59,896 bases of DNA, taken from Thermoanaerobaculia bacterium. GTDB lineage: Bacteria > Acidobacteriota > Thermoanaerobaculia > Gp7-AA8. A model generated the notes under the pieces. It was not told the DNA's origin. It made no database searches and saw only the letters and a list, made by a program, of their open reading frames with translations. The position numbers and the translations under genes were made by a program. Numbering within the stretch: the stretch's first letter is position 1; the number at the start of each line of letters is the position of its first letter. The stretch is from NCBI GenBank assembly GCA_035544835.1, contig DASZZV010000207.1, positions 1 to 59,896 of the forward strand, read 5' to 3'. Positions 51,015 through 59,896 of this stretch are shown in pieces.

Positions 51015-52658
51015 CTACAGCCCCTGATCGATGGGAATTGGCGGGGTCACCCCAACGAGCTCTCGTCGCGACTCTTCATACTTCCAGAAGGAAACGAATC
51101 TCGAGCCTGAGGGGATCTCCCTCCTACGAATTTCGAGGTTCCACAGTCCGGAGTCGTGATCGACCCTCGCGGTGGCGAAGAATGTTTGCCGCTGATCGAA
51201 ACGAGCGAAAAGGATGGGGATGGAACGATCGCTTACCGAACCGCGAATCCGGATTGCCGCCGCGGAGAATGCCGCCTTCGGCATCCTGTTCTGCGTGCGA
51301 CTCTCCGTCCCGGCGAAGGCAACGTTCTGCGCTCGTCGCACATTCATTTGTTCGAGGTTCGCCGTGAGTCCATAGAGCCCGGTCGCTTTGTCGTCCGGAA
51401 GAAGCAGTTCAAAGCAGTGGTCGGCCGCGGGGCTGGGAAGGTAGTGAATGAGTGAGACACACTGTTTGCCGGCGACGCGTTTCTCCGTGAGTCCCCTGGT
51501 CAGTTCCAGAAGGCCGCGCGTGGAGGCTAAGAGGGTCCCGGCCGGGAGAATCAGGATCGCCATCATGACTCGCAGGGGTCGTCTTGCTTCGCGCAGCAGA
51601 ATCGCTCCGATCTGACTCAAAGCCACGAGGAGGAGTGACGACACGGCAGCGTATCGGGATGCGGTGGCCGCTTCCAGCCCGCGAAAGCCGCGACCATACG
51701 TAACTGCCGCCGCGAAGAGAAACACGAACGCCGTGGTAACCAGCCACGGCAGTACCGACTGCTCTCGTTTACGAATGGTGATCGCAAGAGCCAGGATGAC
51801 TGCCGCGACCAGAGCAAATCCGGCGATGGCGGCTTGCACGGGATCGCCGGTTACACCGTTTCCGATCAGAGTGAGGAAAAAAGACGCTGCTGCACGGGGA
51901 GAGGGAATCGGATTGTTCTCCCGGCTGAGTCCCGACAGATAGGCCGCGCCGCAGGCCGCGGCCATGGCCAGCCAGAGGGCGATCAGACGCCATCGCGCCG
52001 ATGTGAATCGGAGCGAAAACAACAGCGGCAGCAGAGCCAGCCAGGTGAAAGCGCCATGGGCTCCTGAGAACGTGGCGCACGCGCACATCAGGCCTGCCAG
52101 AAGGACGTCGCGCGTCGAAGAGGACGTCTCCCGGCTAAGCAGATAGAGCGCGGCCGCGAAAAAGAAGTTGACGGCGAACCAGACCAGAGCGATGCCCCAG
52201 ATCCAGTTCTCATACTGGCGTAAAGAGAAAAAGAAGATTGCCGAAGCGACGTTCGCGGTCGTTGCCAGGGAGGCCGGGAGTCTGGACCGGCGGGCGATCT
52301 TCAGGAAGATAAGGAACGTCGCCACAGCGAGCAAGAAATTGATCACGAGCTGCAGTCGGAGGTTCCAGTGGGAAGCCAGAGCGACGACCGTCAGGACGAG
52401 CTTGGGAACCGGATAGCGATGCTCGTTCTGCTGGCCGGTCAGATCGGAAAGATGCGCGGTATGCATCTGAATCGATCTCATCAAAGGAACGATCGCCCAA
52501 TCGTCCATGAACGGGACATCGACTGCGAAAAAGACGATCAGTAAAAGGATCATCCCCGCTGGAATGGCTGTCAGAACTGAGCCTGGCGAAGGCCTGAAGC
52601 GATCCGCCGGCATTGGCTTCGCCATCTCGCCGGTCAGGGCTGCTTCGCCGATCGTCAC
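51015..52658 (-). CDS. polytopic membrane protein with C-terminal soluble domain (possible GT-C-type glycosyltransferase or polymerase)
   Basis: About 11 predicted hydrophobic segments by eye and no recognisable motif. Starts (GTG 52658 or ATG 52625) immediately after the upstream gene stop. Confidence 0.5.
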   Translation of the reverse strand: MTIGEAALTGEMAKPMPADRFRPSPGSVLTAIPAGMILLLIVFFAVDVPFMDDWAIVPLMRSIQMHTAHLSDLTGQQNEHRYPVPKLVLTVVALASHWNLRLQLVINFLLAVATFLIFLKIARRSRLPASLATTANVASAIFFFSLRQYENWIWGIALVWFAVNFFFAAALYLLSRETSSSTRDVLLAGLMCACATFSGAHGAFTWLALLPLLFSLRFTSARWRLIALWLAMAAACGAAYLSGLSRENNPIPSPRAAASFFLTLIGNGVTGDPVQAAIAGFALVAAVILALAITIRKREQSVLPWLVTTAFVFLFAAAVTYGRGFRGLEAATASRYAAVSSLLLVALSQIGAILLREARRPLRVMMAILILPAGTLLASTRGLLELTRGLTEKRVAGKQCVSLIHYLPSPAADHCFELLLPDDKATGLYGLTANLEQMNVRRAQNVAFAGTESRTQNRMPKAAFSAAAIRIRGSVSDRSIPILFARFDQRQTFFATARVDHDSGLWNLEIRRREIPSGSRFVSFWKYEESRRELVGVTPPIPIDQGL

Positions 52659-53930
52659 CTACTCTCCGGAAATGATGCGCGGGACGGGGAGGGGCACGAT
52701 GAATCTGCCTTTGAATCCCCGTGCCCGGAGCTTCGGGATCAGCTCGTCCGCAATATGCCACGACAATAGAAGTGCGTAGTCGGGTTGTTCGCTGAACAGG
52801 AGTGATTCATCCACGACCGGCACGAGGGTTCCGGGGATGTACTTGCCGATTTTGTAGGAGCCCTGGATCTCCAGAACGCAGTCGAGAATGCCGTCGTCCA
52901 GCCCCACGTAGTTGATGAGGGTACTTGCTCGCGAAGGGGCGCCGATTCCGAACACTCGTCCGCCTTGCTTCTTGATACTGCCCAACAGTGCGTGAAGGTC
53001 GAGTTTTGTCTGCACGACGGCCTGTCGGAATGCTGCCAGCCGCGCTGGCGTCAGCTCGTCAGATTCCTGTTTCAGGATCTTGTCGACCGAGGACTGCACG
53101 GGATAGCGTCCCTTCCTCGCGGCATACACGCGAATCGAACCGCCGTGTGTGGGAATCCGTCGTGCGTGAATCACCTCGAGATCATGCATGGCCAGGAGAT
53201 GGCGCAGGCTTCCAAGCGCGTAGTACCGCAAGTGCTCGTGGTAGATCGTGTCGTACTGCAGGGTCTCCACCAGAGAGAGTAGGTAATGAGATTCGCTGAT
53301 GAAGATTCCGTCGTCATGCAGCATGGTCAGAATGGCGTCGACGATTCCGTGAATCCCCTCGATGTGGGCGAAGACATTTGTTGCCGTGACGATGCGAGCT
53401 TTTCCTTTGCGCTTTAAGGTGTCGGCCGCGGCCAGGTCATTAAAGAAGGAAATCGTCGTTTCGATGCCGCGCTCGTTGGCGAGTTTTCCGGCGTTGGTCG
53501 GCTCGATTCCGAATACAGGATTTCCGAGAGCTGCGAAGTTACTGAGGAGCGTCCCGTCGTTGGAGCCGATGTCGACGACGAGGTCCTGCTTTGCGAGAGG
53601 GTAGAGTGCCATGACCTCGCGTGAGAGCTCTGCGAAATTTTCTCGAAGGATACTGGTCGTCCCGCTGGTGTATGGATAGCTCGGTGGAAACAGGATTTGG
53701 GGGTCGACGATCAGGCCGAGCTGGACGAGCGTGCAGGCGCTGCAGCGAAGCATCTGTGCTGGATAAGCCGGCTGCTCCTCGGGAATGCTTCCGACCGGCA
53801 GCATCGCATTGACCGGAGGAAGATAGCCGATGAAAATGACGGGCTCGAGCCGGTCGGATCCGCAGACCTGACAATTTCGCACTGCCACGCTGCCGCCCGT
53901 TCCGGCAGCGACCCTCTTCCCGTCGCTCAT
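52659..53930 (-). CDS. NDP-hexose C-methyltransferase-like SAM enzyme (TylCIII-type: Zn-binding N-domain + MTase + C-methyltransferase C-domain)
   Basis: 'C.VCGS..L......G..P', 'L.C..C.LVQL', 'VVDIGSNDG', 'TATNVFAHI', 'DTIYHEH..Y'. Confidence 0.7.
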   Translation of the reverse strand: MSDGKRVAAGTGGSVAVRNCQVCGSDRLEPVIFIGYLPPVNAMLPVGSIPEEQPAYPAQMLRCSACTLVQLGLIVDPQILFPPSYPYTSGTTSILRENFAELSREVMALYPLAKQDLVVDIGSNDGTLLSNFAALGNPVFGIEPTNAGKLANERGIETTISFFNDLAAADTLKRKGKARIVTATNVFAHIEGIHGIVDAILTMLHDDGIFISESHYLLSLVETLQYDTIYHEHLRYYALGSLRHLLAMHDLEVIHARRIPTHGGSIRVYAARKGRYPVQSSVDKILKQESDELTPARLAAFRQAVVQTKLDLHALLGSIKKQGGRVFGIGAPSRASTLINYVGLDDGILDCVLEIQGSYKIGKYIPGTLVPVVDESLLFSEQPDYALLLSWHIADELIPKLRARGFKGRFIVPLPVPRIISGE

Positions 53931-53943
53931 CGCTCTCTCCTGG

Positions 53944-54918
53944 CTAGCCAGGCGCGGTCCGAGTCGAGTCGAGATACCACTCGACGGTAGGCCTCAATCC
54001 GCTCTGCAGGCTGACGCGCGGAGTGTAGCCGAGCGCGCGCAGTTTAGAAATATCGGGGCAGCGGCGAAGGGTACTGCCAGGCTGAAGCTCCCCGGGCTGC
54101 AGTTCGATCTCGATGCCGGCCACTGCCGCGATTTCATGGGCCAGCCGGGCGATGGAGACTTCCTGGTCTGTTCCGATGTTGTAGATCGAGAGATGCGGTG
54201 CTTGCTCGATCACCCGCATCAGCCCGTCGACCAGGTCGTCGATGTAAACGAAGGCGCGGGTTTCCTGGCCGGTGCCCTGAATGCGAAGAGGGACTGGAGA
54301 GTTTCCTTGCGAGAGGAGGCCGGCAATGCGCAGCGCCAGTTGAGGGATCACGTGCTCACTTCCCATGTCCGGCCCATAAACGTTATGAGGGCGGAAAATG
54401 ACGACGCGCTCGAAATGCTTGCGGCCAAAGTTGATGGCCATGAGCTCGGAAATGATTTTTCCACCGCCATAGGAATAGCGGGGATTCATCAGGTCCGGAA
54501 CCGACAGGGGGACATCTTCTGGTGTCGGAATGATCGCCGGTGTCTGGTACACCTCGGAACTGGAGGCGAGAATGATCTCACCGACGCCGCTCTTGATTCC
54601 GGCCGCCAGCACGTTGGACATGCCGCGAACAGCCACGTCAAGGACAAGCTCGGGACGACTGTAGAAGAACTCGGTGCCGTTCACGTAGGCGAGGTGGCAG
54701 ATCGAGTCGATATTTTTCGTCGAACGAACCACGATGTCGAGGTCCCGGATGTCGCCCTCGACGAACTCGACGTCCTGGATCACCTCTCGTAATCGACCTG
54801 CTTTTCCGCGTGAGCCGTTATCAAGAACCCTTACACCATGCCCCTCGGTCAGCAGTCGCTTTACCAGAGCGCTTCCCATGAAGCCCGTGCCGCCGGTGAC
54901 GAGATAGCGTCTGCTCAC
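53944..54918 (-). CDS. NAD-dependent sugar epimerase/dehydratase (extended SDR)
   Basis: 'YLVTGGTGFMGSALV..L', 'Y..GK'. GTG start. Confidence 0.8.
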   Translation of the reverse strand: MSRRYLVTGGTGFMGSALVKRLLTEGHGVRVLDNGSRGKAGRLREVIQDVEFVEGDIRDLDIVVRSTKNIDSICHLAYVNGTEFFYSRPELVLDVAVRGMSNVLAAGIKSGVGEIILASSSEVYQTPAIIPTPEDVPLSVPDLMNPRYSYGGGKIISELMAINFGRKHFERVVIFRPHNVYGPDMGSEHVIPQLALRIAGLLSQGNSPVPLRIQGTGQETRAFVYIDDLVDGLMRVIEQAPHLSIYNIGTDQEVSIARLAHEIAAVAGIEIELQPGELQPGSTLRRCPDISKLRALGYTPRVSLQSGLRPTVEWYLDSTRTAPG

Positions 54919-54925
54919 AAGTACC

Positions 54926-55696
54926 TCATCGAATCAAAGTGGTCATCGGGATTCGCACAGAGACCTCAGGTTTTCCATTCTGTCGCACCGCCGCCCGCAG
55001 ACGCATCGCTCCCCATAGGAACCAACGCAAGTACTCGCCAACCCATGGCCCGATACGAAAGGTCGATTGACCACCATAGAGTCGATCGATCGAGACGATC
55101 GGGACCTCACCGAGCCGAGCCCCTTTCAACTGTGCCTTGATGGCCATCTCGAATGTTACCGCCCACCCGATGGGACGCGCCTCCAGGTGCAGCTCTTCGA
55201 AGAGGCTCCGTCGAAACATCTTGATTCCGGTGGTTGCGTCACTCAATGCGCAGTAGGCCAGGCGGTGAAGCAGGCGGTTGGCCAGGAGAGAGAGAACACC
55301 GCCGATCCACGACCCGCCGAGACGCCGGCCTCCATGCGCGTAACGGGTACAGCTGACCAGATCGCATCCTTGGTTCATCAACACCAGCATGTCTTCGATG
55401 GCCAGCACTGGTCCCACTTCGTCGGCGGCGAAAATCAGCACATACCGCCCCTGTGCTTCGGCGACGCCGGCCCGGAGTGCGTTGATCACTCCGCGGCCAA
55501 CGGTGTTGTGAATGCGCCGGACATTCGGGAATCGGGCCGCGATCTCATCGACGACGGGGATGCTGAGGTCGTTGGGGCTGTCATGGACGACCAATACTTC
55601 GTGAGGAATCTCCAGCACTGCATTGAGGATCTTCAACATGAGTTTGAGATTCAGCGTCTCATCGCGAACGGGCAGGAGGATCGACAGTTCAGTCAT
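54926..55696 (-). CDS. family-2 glycosyltransferase (polyprenyl-phosphate sugar synthase-like: DPM1/ArnC/CsbB type)
   Basis: 'LSILLPVRDE', 'VVHD', 'IFAADE'. Short soluble GT-A about 256 aa long. Confidence 0.7.
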   Translation of the reverse strand: MTELSILLPVRDETLNLKLMLKILNAVLEIPHEVLVVHDSPNDLSIPVVDEIAARFPNVRRIHNTVGRGVINALRAGVAEAQGRYVLIFAADEVGPVLAIEDMLVLMNQGCDLVSCTRYAHGGRRLGGSWIGGVLSLLANRLLHRLAYCALSDATTGIKMFRRSLFEELHLEARPIGWAVTFEMAIKAQLKGARLGEVPIVSIDRLYGGQSTFRIGPWVGEYLRWFLWGAMRLRAAVRQNGKPEVSVRIPMTTLIR

Positions 55697-55702
55697 GCCC
55701 GC

Positions 55703-56806
55703 TCAGGTGGCCTCGTAAAATTCGCGAATCCATCGTGAGATGGTCTCGATGTCGGAAGAGGACAACTGAAATGCCGACGGAAGCCACAGCGCCCTCGGGC
55801 CCTCCACGCTGCTGACCGGGAACCGATCCGGAGCGGCGAGATACGGGGCTTGAGTGTGTAGCGGAAACCAGAACTTTCGGCACTGCGCTCCACGGCTCAG
55901 AAGAAAGGCCTCCAGCTCGTCGCGACGCTCGGCGATGACATCGACCCACTGCGGCGTCTGACCCTCCTCGGGGCGTACATCGAAGATCCGGATCTGGGTT
56001 ACACCTCGCAGATGATGACAATACTCGCGGTAGATGTCTCTCAAGCGATCCACGCGAGCATCGACATAGCTCAGTTGCGCCAGGCCAACGGCGGCCTGAA
56101 GATTCGTCAGCTTGAAGTTGTATCCAATGGCGACGTGAAGATCGGCCCCGCCGGTGCCGCGCGCTGGGCGCCCCTGATCCTTGAGCTCTCGCAAACGATA
56201 GTGGAGATCGTCATCGTCGGTGGCGATGGCGCCTCCCTGACCGGTCATGATGGTCTTGTTCGGCGAGAACGAAAAGCAGCCCGCCTGTCCATGAGTACCA
56301 AGAAATCTCGGACCCGACCTCGATAGAAAGCCCTCCGCCGCATCTTCGATCACGACCAGGCCGTGCTGAGCCGCCATGGTCTGCACCCCGGGCAGATCGG
56401 CCGGGCGGCCGCTGAGATGCACCGGGATGACCGCGCGACAACGGCCTGTAACCTGTCGCTGCGCCGATTCGACATCGATCATGAGGGTGGCCGGATCGAC
56501 ATCGACGAGAACAGGCTTCGCTCCGGCCAGGGTCACGGCATTGGCGGTTGCGATGAACGTGATGTCCGGCACCAGTACCTCGTGACCCGGGCCGACCCCG
56601 GCGGCCATGAGTGCAAGGGTGATGGCCGCCGTGCCGCTGGTGACGGCCACTACATGCCTGGCCCCGAGACGTTCGGCGAGACGCAGCTCGAACTCCTGCG
56701 TTATATCGCCGTCGTTCAGAAATGCGGAGTCGAGCACCGCCTCCACGAGGCCGAGCTCGAGAGCTCCGACCTCGGGCTTCCAGAATGGATATTGAATCGA
56801 GGTCAT
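55703..56806 (-). CDS. DegT/DnrJ/EryC1/StrS-family sugar aminotransferase
   Basis: 'VAVTSGTAA..LAL.A.GVGPG.EV.VP..TF.AT.NAV', 'FSFSPNK....GQGG'. Confidence 0.85.
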   Translation of the reverse strand: MTSIQYPFWKPEVGALELGLVEAVLDSAFLNDGDITQEFELRLAERLGARHVVAVTSGTAAITLALMAAGVGPGHEVLVPDITFIATANAVTLAGAKPVLVDVDPATLMIDVESAQRQVTGRCRAVIPVHLSGRPADLPGVQTMAAQHGLVVIEDAAEGFLSRSGPRFLGTHGQAGCFSFSPNKTIMTGQGGAIATDDDDLHYRLRELKDQGRPARGTGGADLHVAIGYNFKLTNLQAAVGLAQLSYVDARVDRLRDIYREYCHHLRGVTQIRIFDVRPEEGQTPQWVDVIAERRDELEAFLLSRGAQCRKFWFPLHTQAPYLAAPDRFPVSSVEGPRALWLPSAFQLSSSDIETISRWIREFYEAT

Positions 56807-57345
56807 CAGCGATCCGCGAGCTCCAGCTCCTTTTCGAATCGATCGAGTTGTCTGAGCACCGAGTCGCGATCGCGGCGGCTCACCAGCCGGATCGGTGTAC
56901 CGGCATAGACAGACCAGGGCTCGAACACGAAGGCCGGAGGAACGTAGCTGAGCGCGCCGACCACAGATCCCTCGGGTATCTCGTTACCCGGCATGACCAC
57001 GCTGTTCGCACCGACCGCCGTGAGTCGCCCCATGATGACGTCGCCGGCGAGGAAGTTCTCTTTGATCGGAGGGAAGTCCGGCGGGATGATCGTGATCAGA
57101 TCGCGCTTGAAATCGTCGCTGCCGCACCAGATCTTCACACCTGAGGAGAGGCTGCTGAAATCACCGAGCGTGAACTGAACGGACGGACCACCGGCGATGC
57201 TGCAACCCGAGGCGATGTGGCTGTATCGGCCGACCACGACGCGGCTGGACAAGTAACAGAAGTCGTCGATGACCGAGCCCTCTCCTACGGTCAGCAGATC
57301 GGGATTCCTCAGTCGAATGTTGGCGGAGATGATCGGGGCTCGCAT
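56806..57345 (-). CDS. hexapeptide-repeat (left-handed beta-helix) acyl/acetyltransferase
   Basis: Repeated [LIV]G-x4 hexapeptides (..VGEGSVID.., ..IASGCSIAGG.., ..VGANSVVMPG..). ATGA overlap with the aminotransferase. Confidence 0.75.
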   Translation of the reverse strand: MRAPIISANIRLRNPDLLTVGEGSVIDDFCYLSSRVVVGRYSHIASGCSIAGGPSVQFTLGDFSSLSSGVKIWCGSDDFKRDLITIIPPDFPPIKENFLAGDVIMGRLTAVGANSVVMPGNEIPEGSVVGALSYVPPAFVFEPWSVYAGTPIRLVSRRDRDSVLRQLDRFEKELELADR

Positions 57346-57351
57346 GAAGAC

Positions 57352-58599
57352 TCAGTCGCCCTCTGTTTTCGAGCTTCCGGCAGCGGCGGCGAGCGGCTCT
57401 TGCGGCTCGACCTCGACGCAGCTCCAGACGTCGACGAGTATCTTTCCGGGTCTCAGCCGCAGTTGCCGGTAAGCACGGTGAGGGGCCCCGATGAAAACGA
57501 CATCGCTCGATGCCACGAGCTCTTCGATGGAGACGAACGAGTTGTCCTTCACGTACGGATCGCTGCACAGCACCCGGTCGGAGGCAAGTAGAAGGAGCTT
57601 GCGGAGCTTGTAGCTGAGCGAGTCGCGCGGGTCATCGCTCTCGGCCTTGAAAGCCATTCCCAGAATTCCGACGGTCTTGTCCGAGAGATCGACCTGTCTC
57701 CCGGTCATTTCGACGAGATGGGATGGAAGCCCTTCGTTGATCAGCATCGCCGAATGGCCGAGGACGAAATGATTCTGGCTGAAGGCGGCGAGCTGCATGG
57801 TGTCTTTCACGAGACATGGTCCTGCTGCAAAGCCGGGCCCGGGCGCGTCGGACATGCGAGGATATTTGAAGCGGCATCCGTGAAGGATTTTGTCGAAATC
57901 GAGAGCGTGCTGGGTGGCGATCATGTAGAACTGATTCACGATCGCGAACTGAATGTAGCGCCAGGCGTTGTTCATCAGTTTGCACAGCTCGGCCTCCATC
58001 GGAGACATCTCGATGAGGTCGCCGATGAATCGACCGAAGAGCGCGCGAACGCGAGCCAGCGTCGAAGGATCAAAGGCGCTGATGATCTGCGGAATCTCCC
58101 GAAACTCCCGGAGGCTATGACCCTGGGTTACCCGTTCCGGGCAGAAGGCGACACCGATGGCGAGACCTCTTTTGCGGAAGTGCTGTTGGATGTGCTCGGA
58201 GATCCCTGGGAAGACAGTGCTCCGCAGAATCAGCGTCTGGCCATCGCGAAGGTACTCCGTGCAGGCATCGAGAGCCTTCTCGATGGCGCTGAACCTCGGG
58301 TTCAGATGTTCATCTACCGGGGTTCCGATCACGAGCACGAGGAACTCGCATTCGGCGATGAGATCGGGTGAGCTTTCCACGGCGAGAAAACCGCCGGCAC
58401 GTACCCGTTCCAGCGTCTGCTGGCCGCCCTCCTCGCTGAACGGCATCCGGCCGCTCCGGATCGTTTCGACAGTCTCCTTATTGGTGTCATAAATGACCGT
58501 CTGGAGACCGACGTCCGCGAACATCAGGGCCAGAGGAAGACCGACGTGTCCAGCGCCACCGATGATTGCCACATCGCGGACAAACGAGGTTTCGGGCAT
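57352..58599 (-). CDS. nucleotide-sugar 6-dehydrogenase (UDP-glucose/GDP-mannose dehydrogenase family)
   Basis: Internal start gives MPETSFVRDVAIIGGAGHVGLPLA.. (Rossmann). 'GFAAGPCLVKD' catalytic Cys motif. The 501-aa ORF is a read-through. Confidence 0.85.
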   Translation of the reverse strand: MPETSFVRDVAIIGGAGHVGLPLALMFADVGLQTVIYDTNKETVETIRSGRMPFSEEGGQQTLERVRAGGFLAVESSPDLIAECEFLVLVIGTPVDEHLNPRFSAIEKALDACTEYLRDGQTLILRSTVFPGISEHIQQHFRKRGLAIGVAFCPERVTQGHSLREFREIPQIISAFDPSTLARVRALFGRFIGDLIEMSPMEAELCKLMNNAWRYIQFAIVNQFYMIATQHALDFDKILHGCRFKYPRMSDAPGPGFAAGPCLVKDTMQLAAFSQNHFVLGHSAMLINEGLPSHLVEMTGRQVDLSDKTVGILGMAFKAESDDPRDSLSYKLRKLLLLASDRVLCSDPYVKDNSFVSIEELVASSDVVFIGAPHRAYRQLRLRPGKILVDVWSCVEVEPQEPLAAAAGSSKTEGD

Positions 58600-58637
58600 G
58601 GTCGGGAAGTATAAGCGAGGGGCTAAGATAGTTGGCC

Positions 58638-59708
58638 ATGGCAACGATTCTCGTGACCGGCTCGGCGGGTTTGATCGGATCGCAGTCGGTTCACTTCTTC
58701 GCCCGGCAGGGTCACCGTGTCGTCGGGATCGACAATGACATGCGATCGTTCTTCTTCGGCGACTCCGCGTCCACGTCCTGGAACGCGGCGCTCCTGAAAG
58801 AAAAATATAAAGACCATTACGTCCACTTCCATACGGATGTCCGCGATCGCGATGCAATCGCCCGCATCTTCGAACAGTATGAGTCTTCCCTCGCTCTGGT
58901 CATTCACGCAGCCGCGCAGCCTTCTCACGACTGGGCGGCGACCAATCCCGAGGTCGACTTCACCGTCAATGCCAATGGGACGCTGGCTCTTCTCGAGGCC
59001 ACGCGACGTTACCGGCCGGACATTCCCTTCATCTTTACCTCGACCAATAAAGTCTATGGAGACCAGCCCAATCACCTCCCGCTGCTCGAAACGGAGACCC
59101 GATGGGAGATCGACTCCTCTCACCCTTATGTGAACGGAATCGACGAGACCATGTCCATCGATCAGTCAAAACACTCTTTGTTCGGAGTGTCGAAAGTTGC
59201 TGCAGATCTGATGGTTCAGGAATACGGGCGTTATTTCGGGATGAAGACGGTCGTCTTTCGAGGAGGATGCCTGACCGGCCCGGCGCACTCTGCGGCGAAG
59301 CTGCACGGGTTTCTCGCGTATCTGATGAAATGCTGTATCTCGGGAGAACCGTATACGATCTTCGGTTACCGCGGGAAGCAGGTCAGGGACAACATCCACA
59401 GCGTGGACCTCGTGAGCGCCTTCGATCACTTCTTCCGAAGCCCGCGCGCCGGTGGTGAGGTCTATAACATCGGCGGATCGAGACACAGCAACTGCTCGGT
59501 TCTCGAGGCCATTGCCCTTTGCGAAGAGATCTCCGGGCGCACGATGAATTACGACTACGACGACAACAATCGATCAGGGGATCACATCTGGTATATCTCG
59601 GACGTGGCCAAGTTCAGGCGCCATTTCCCAGACTGGGAATTCAAGTACGACCTGCGGCAGATTCTCGAGGATATCTACAGAGGCCAGATCGCGGGAACGA
59701 GGGTTTAG
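58638..59708 (+). CDS. NAD-dependent epimerase/dehydratase, CDP-paratose 2-epimerase-like
   Basis: '[12 protein letters not shown]', 'TSTNKVYGD......ETETR' resembles the recalled RfbE/tyvelose-epimerase pattern. TTG 58632 is an alternative start. Confidence 0.7.
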   Translation: MATILVTGSAGLIGSQSVHFFARQGHRVVGIDNDMRSFFFGDSASTSWNAALLKEKYKDHYVHFHTDVRDRDAIARIFEQYESSLALVIHAAAQPSHDWAATNPEVDFTVNANGTLALLEATRRYRPDIPFIFTSTNKVYGDQPNHLPLLETETRWEIDSSHPYVNGIDETMSIDQSKHSLFGVSKVAADLMVQEYGRYFGMKTVVFRGGCLTGPAHSAAKLHGFLAYLMKCCISGEPYTIFGYRGKQVRDNIHSVDLVSAFDHFFRSPRAGGEVYNIGGSRHSNCSVLEAIALCEEISGRTMNYDYDDNNRSGDHIWYISDVAKFRRHFPDWEFKYDLRQILEDIYRGQIAGTRV

Positions 59709-59781
59709 GACCAGCCCCGGGGGCGTTTGAGAATAGCCCAGGACGAAGTCCTGGGAGCACCGGGCGGAGCCCGGTGTGTGA

Positions 59782-59887
59782 GGCCCGGAGGGCCGCGGAG
59801 CTGGTAGCCAGTGGTGAGCGAAGCGAACCACTGGAAGACGTCACGAATCAATCATTTGCTTGAAGTTTCACCGAGCCCCGGCAGGGG
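59782..59887 (+). repeat. solo REP unit, same family as 349..658
   Basis: 59782..59834 matches 563..615 at 50 of 53 positions. A GCCCCGGCAGGGGC hairpin lies at 59874..59887. Confidence 0.85.
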
Positions 59888-59896
59888 CGAAAGCCG

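Overview
High-GC bacterial chromosomal segment. The gene content and repeat style look Acidobacteriota-like, but that is inference only. Most of it is housekeeping. It holds a ubiE-folD-coaE operon on the minus strand, then rplM-rpsI, rpsB-tsf, pyrH-frr, ispD-ispF, gltX, pyrD and an rlmB-like gene. It also holds the classic tRNA(Thr-Tyr-Gly-Thr)-rpmG-tRNA(Trp)-secE-nusG-rplKAJL-rpoBC superoperon at 31.6-45.0 kb, here without tuf. Interleaved accessory content includes a 5'-cut RAYT (REP-associated tyrosine transposase) gene with an adjacent REP doublet at the left edge and a third REP copy at the right edge. It also includes a sigma-54 activator divergent from a secreted cohesin-like protein, a frameshifted relE/parE toxin with its antitoxin, and two YfhO-like GT-C membrane proteins. 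Further items are a COG0720(PTPS/QueD-like)-DUF1802 operon, an ECF sigma with a soluble zinc anti-sigma factor, and two tandem Thr/Ser/Met-rich lipoproteins. Downstream of rpoC (45.1-49.0 kb) lies a decayed toxin-antitoxin and nucleotidyltransferase patch, and at 51.0-59.7 kb an amino-sugar/glycan cluster. The most unusual signals are non-coding. (1) Two families of long hairpin elements occupy nearly every spacer of the ribosomal/rpoBC superoperon. One family has arms built from tandem 7-nt units (RATKKNG) whose unit sequence differs by locus while both arms stay complementary. (2) Two single-gene insertions (yceI; a small lipoprotein) are each bracketed by long direct repeats. (3) A relic copy of an internal rpoC segment lies 1.3 kb downstream of rpoC, with a 57/58-nt near-identical core. 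(4) rpoB carries a roughly 60-aa insertion with eight cysteines (one CxC pair and three CxxC pairs). All coordinates were derived by hand from the sequence and the ORF track. No database search was run.
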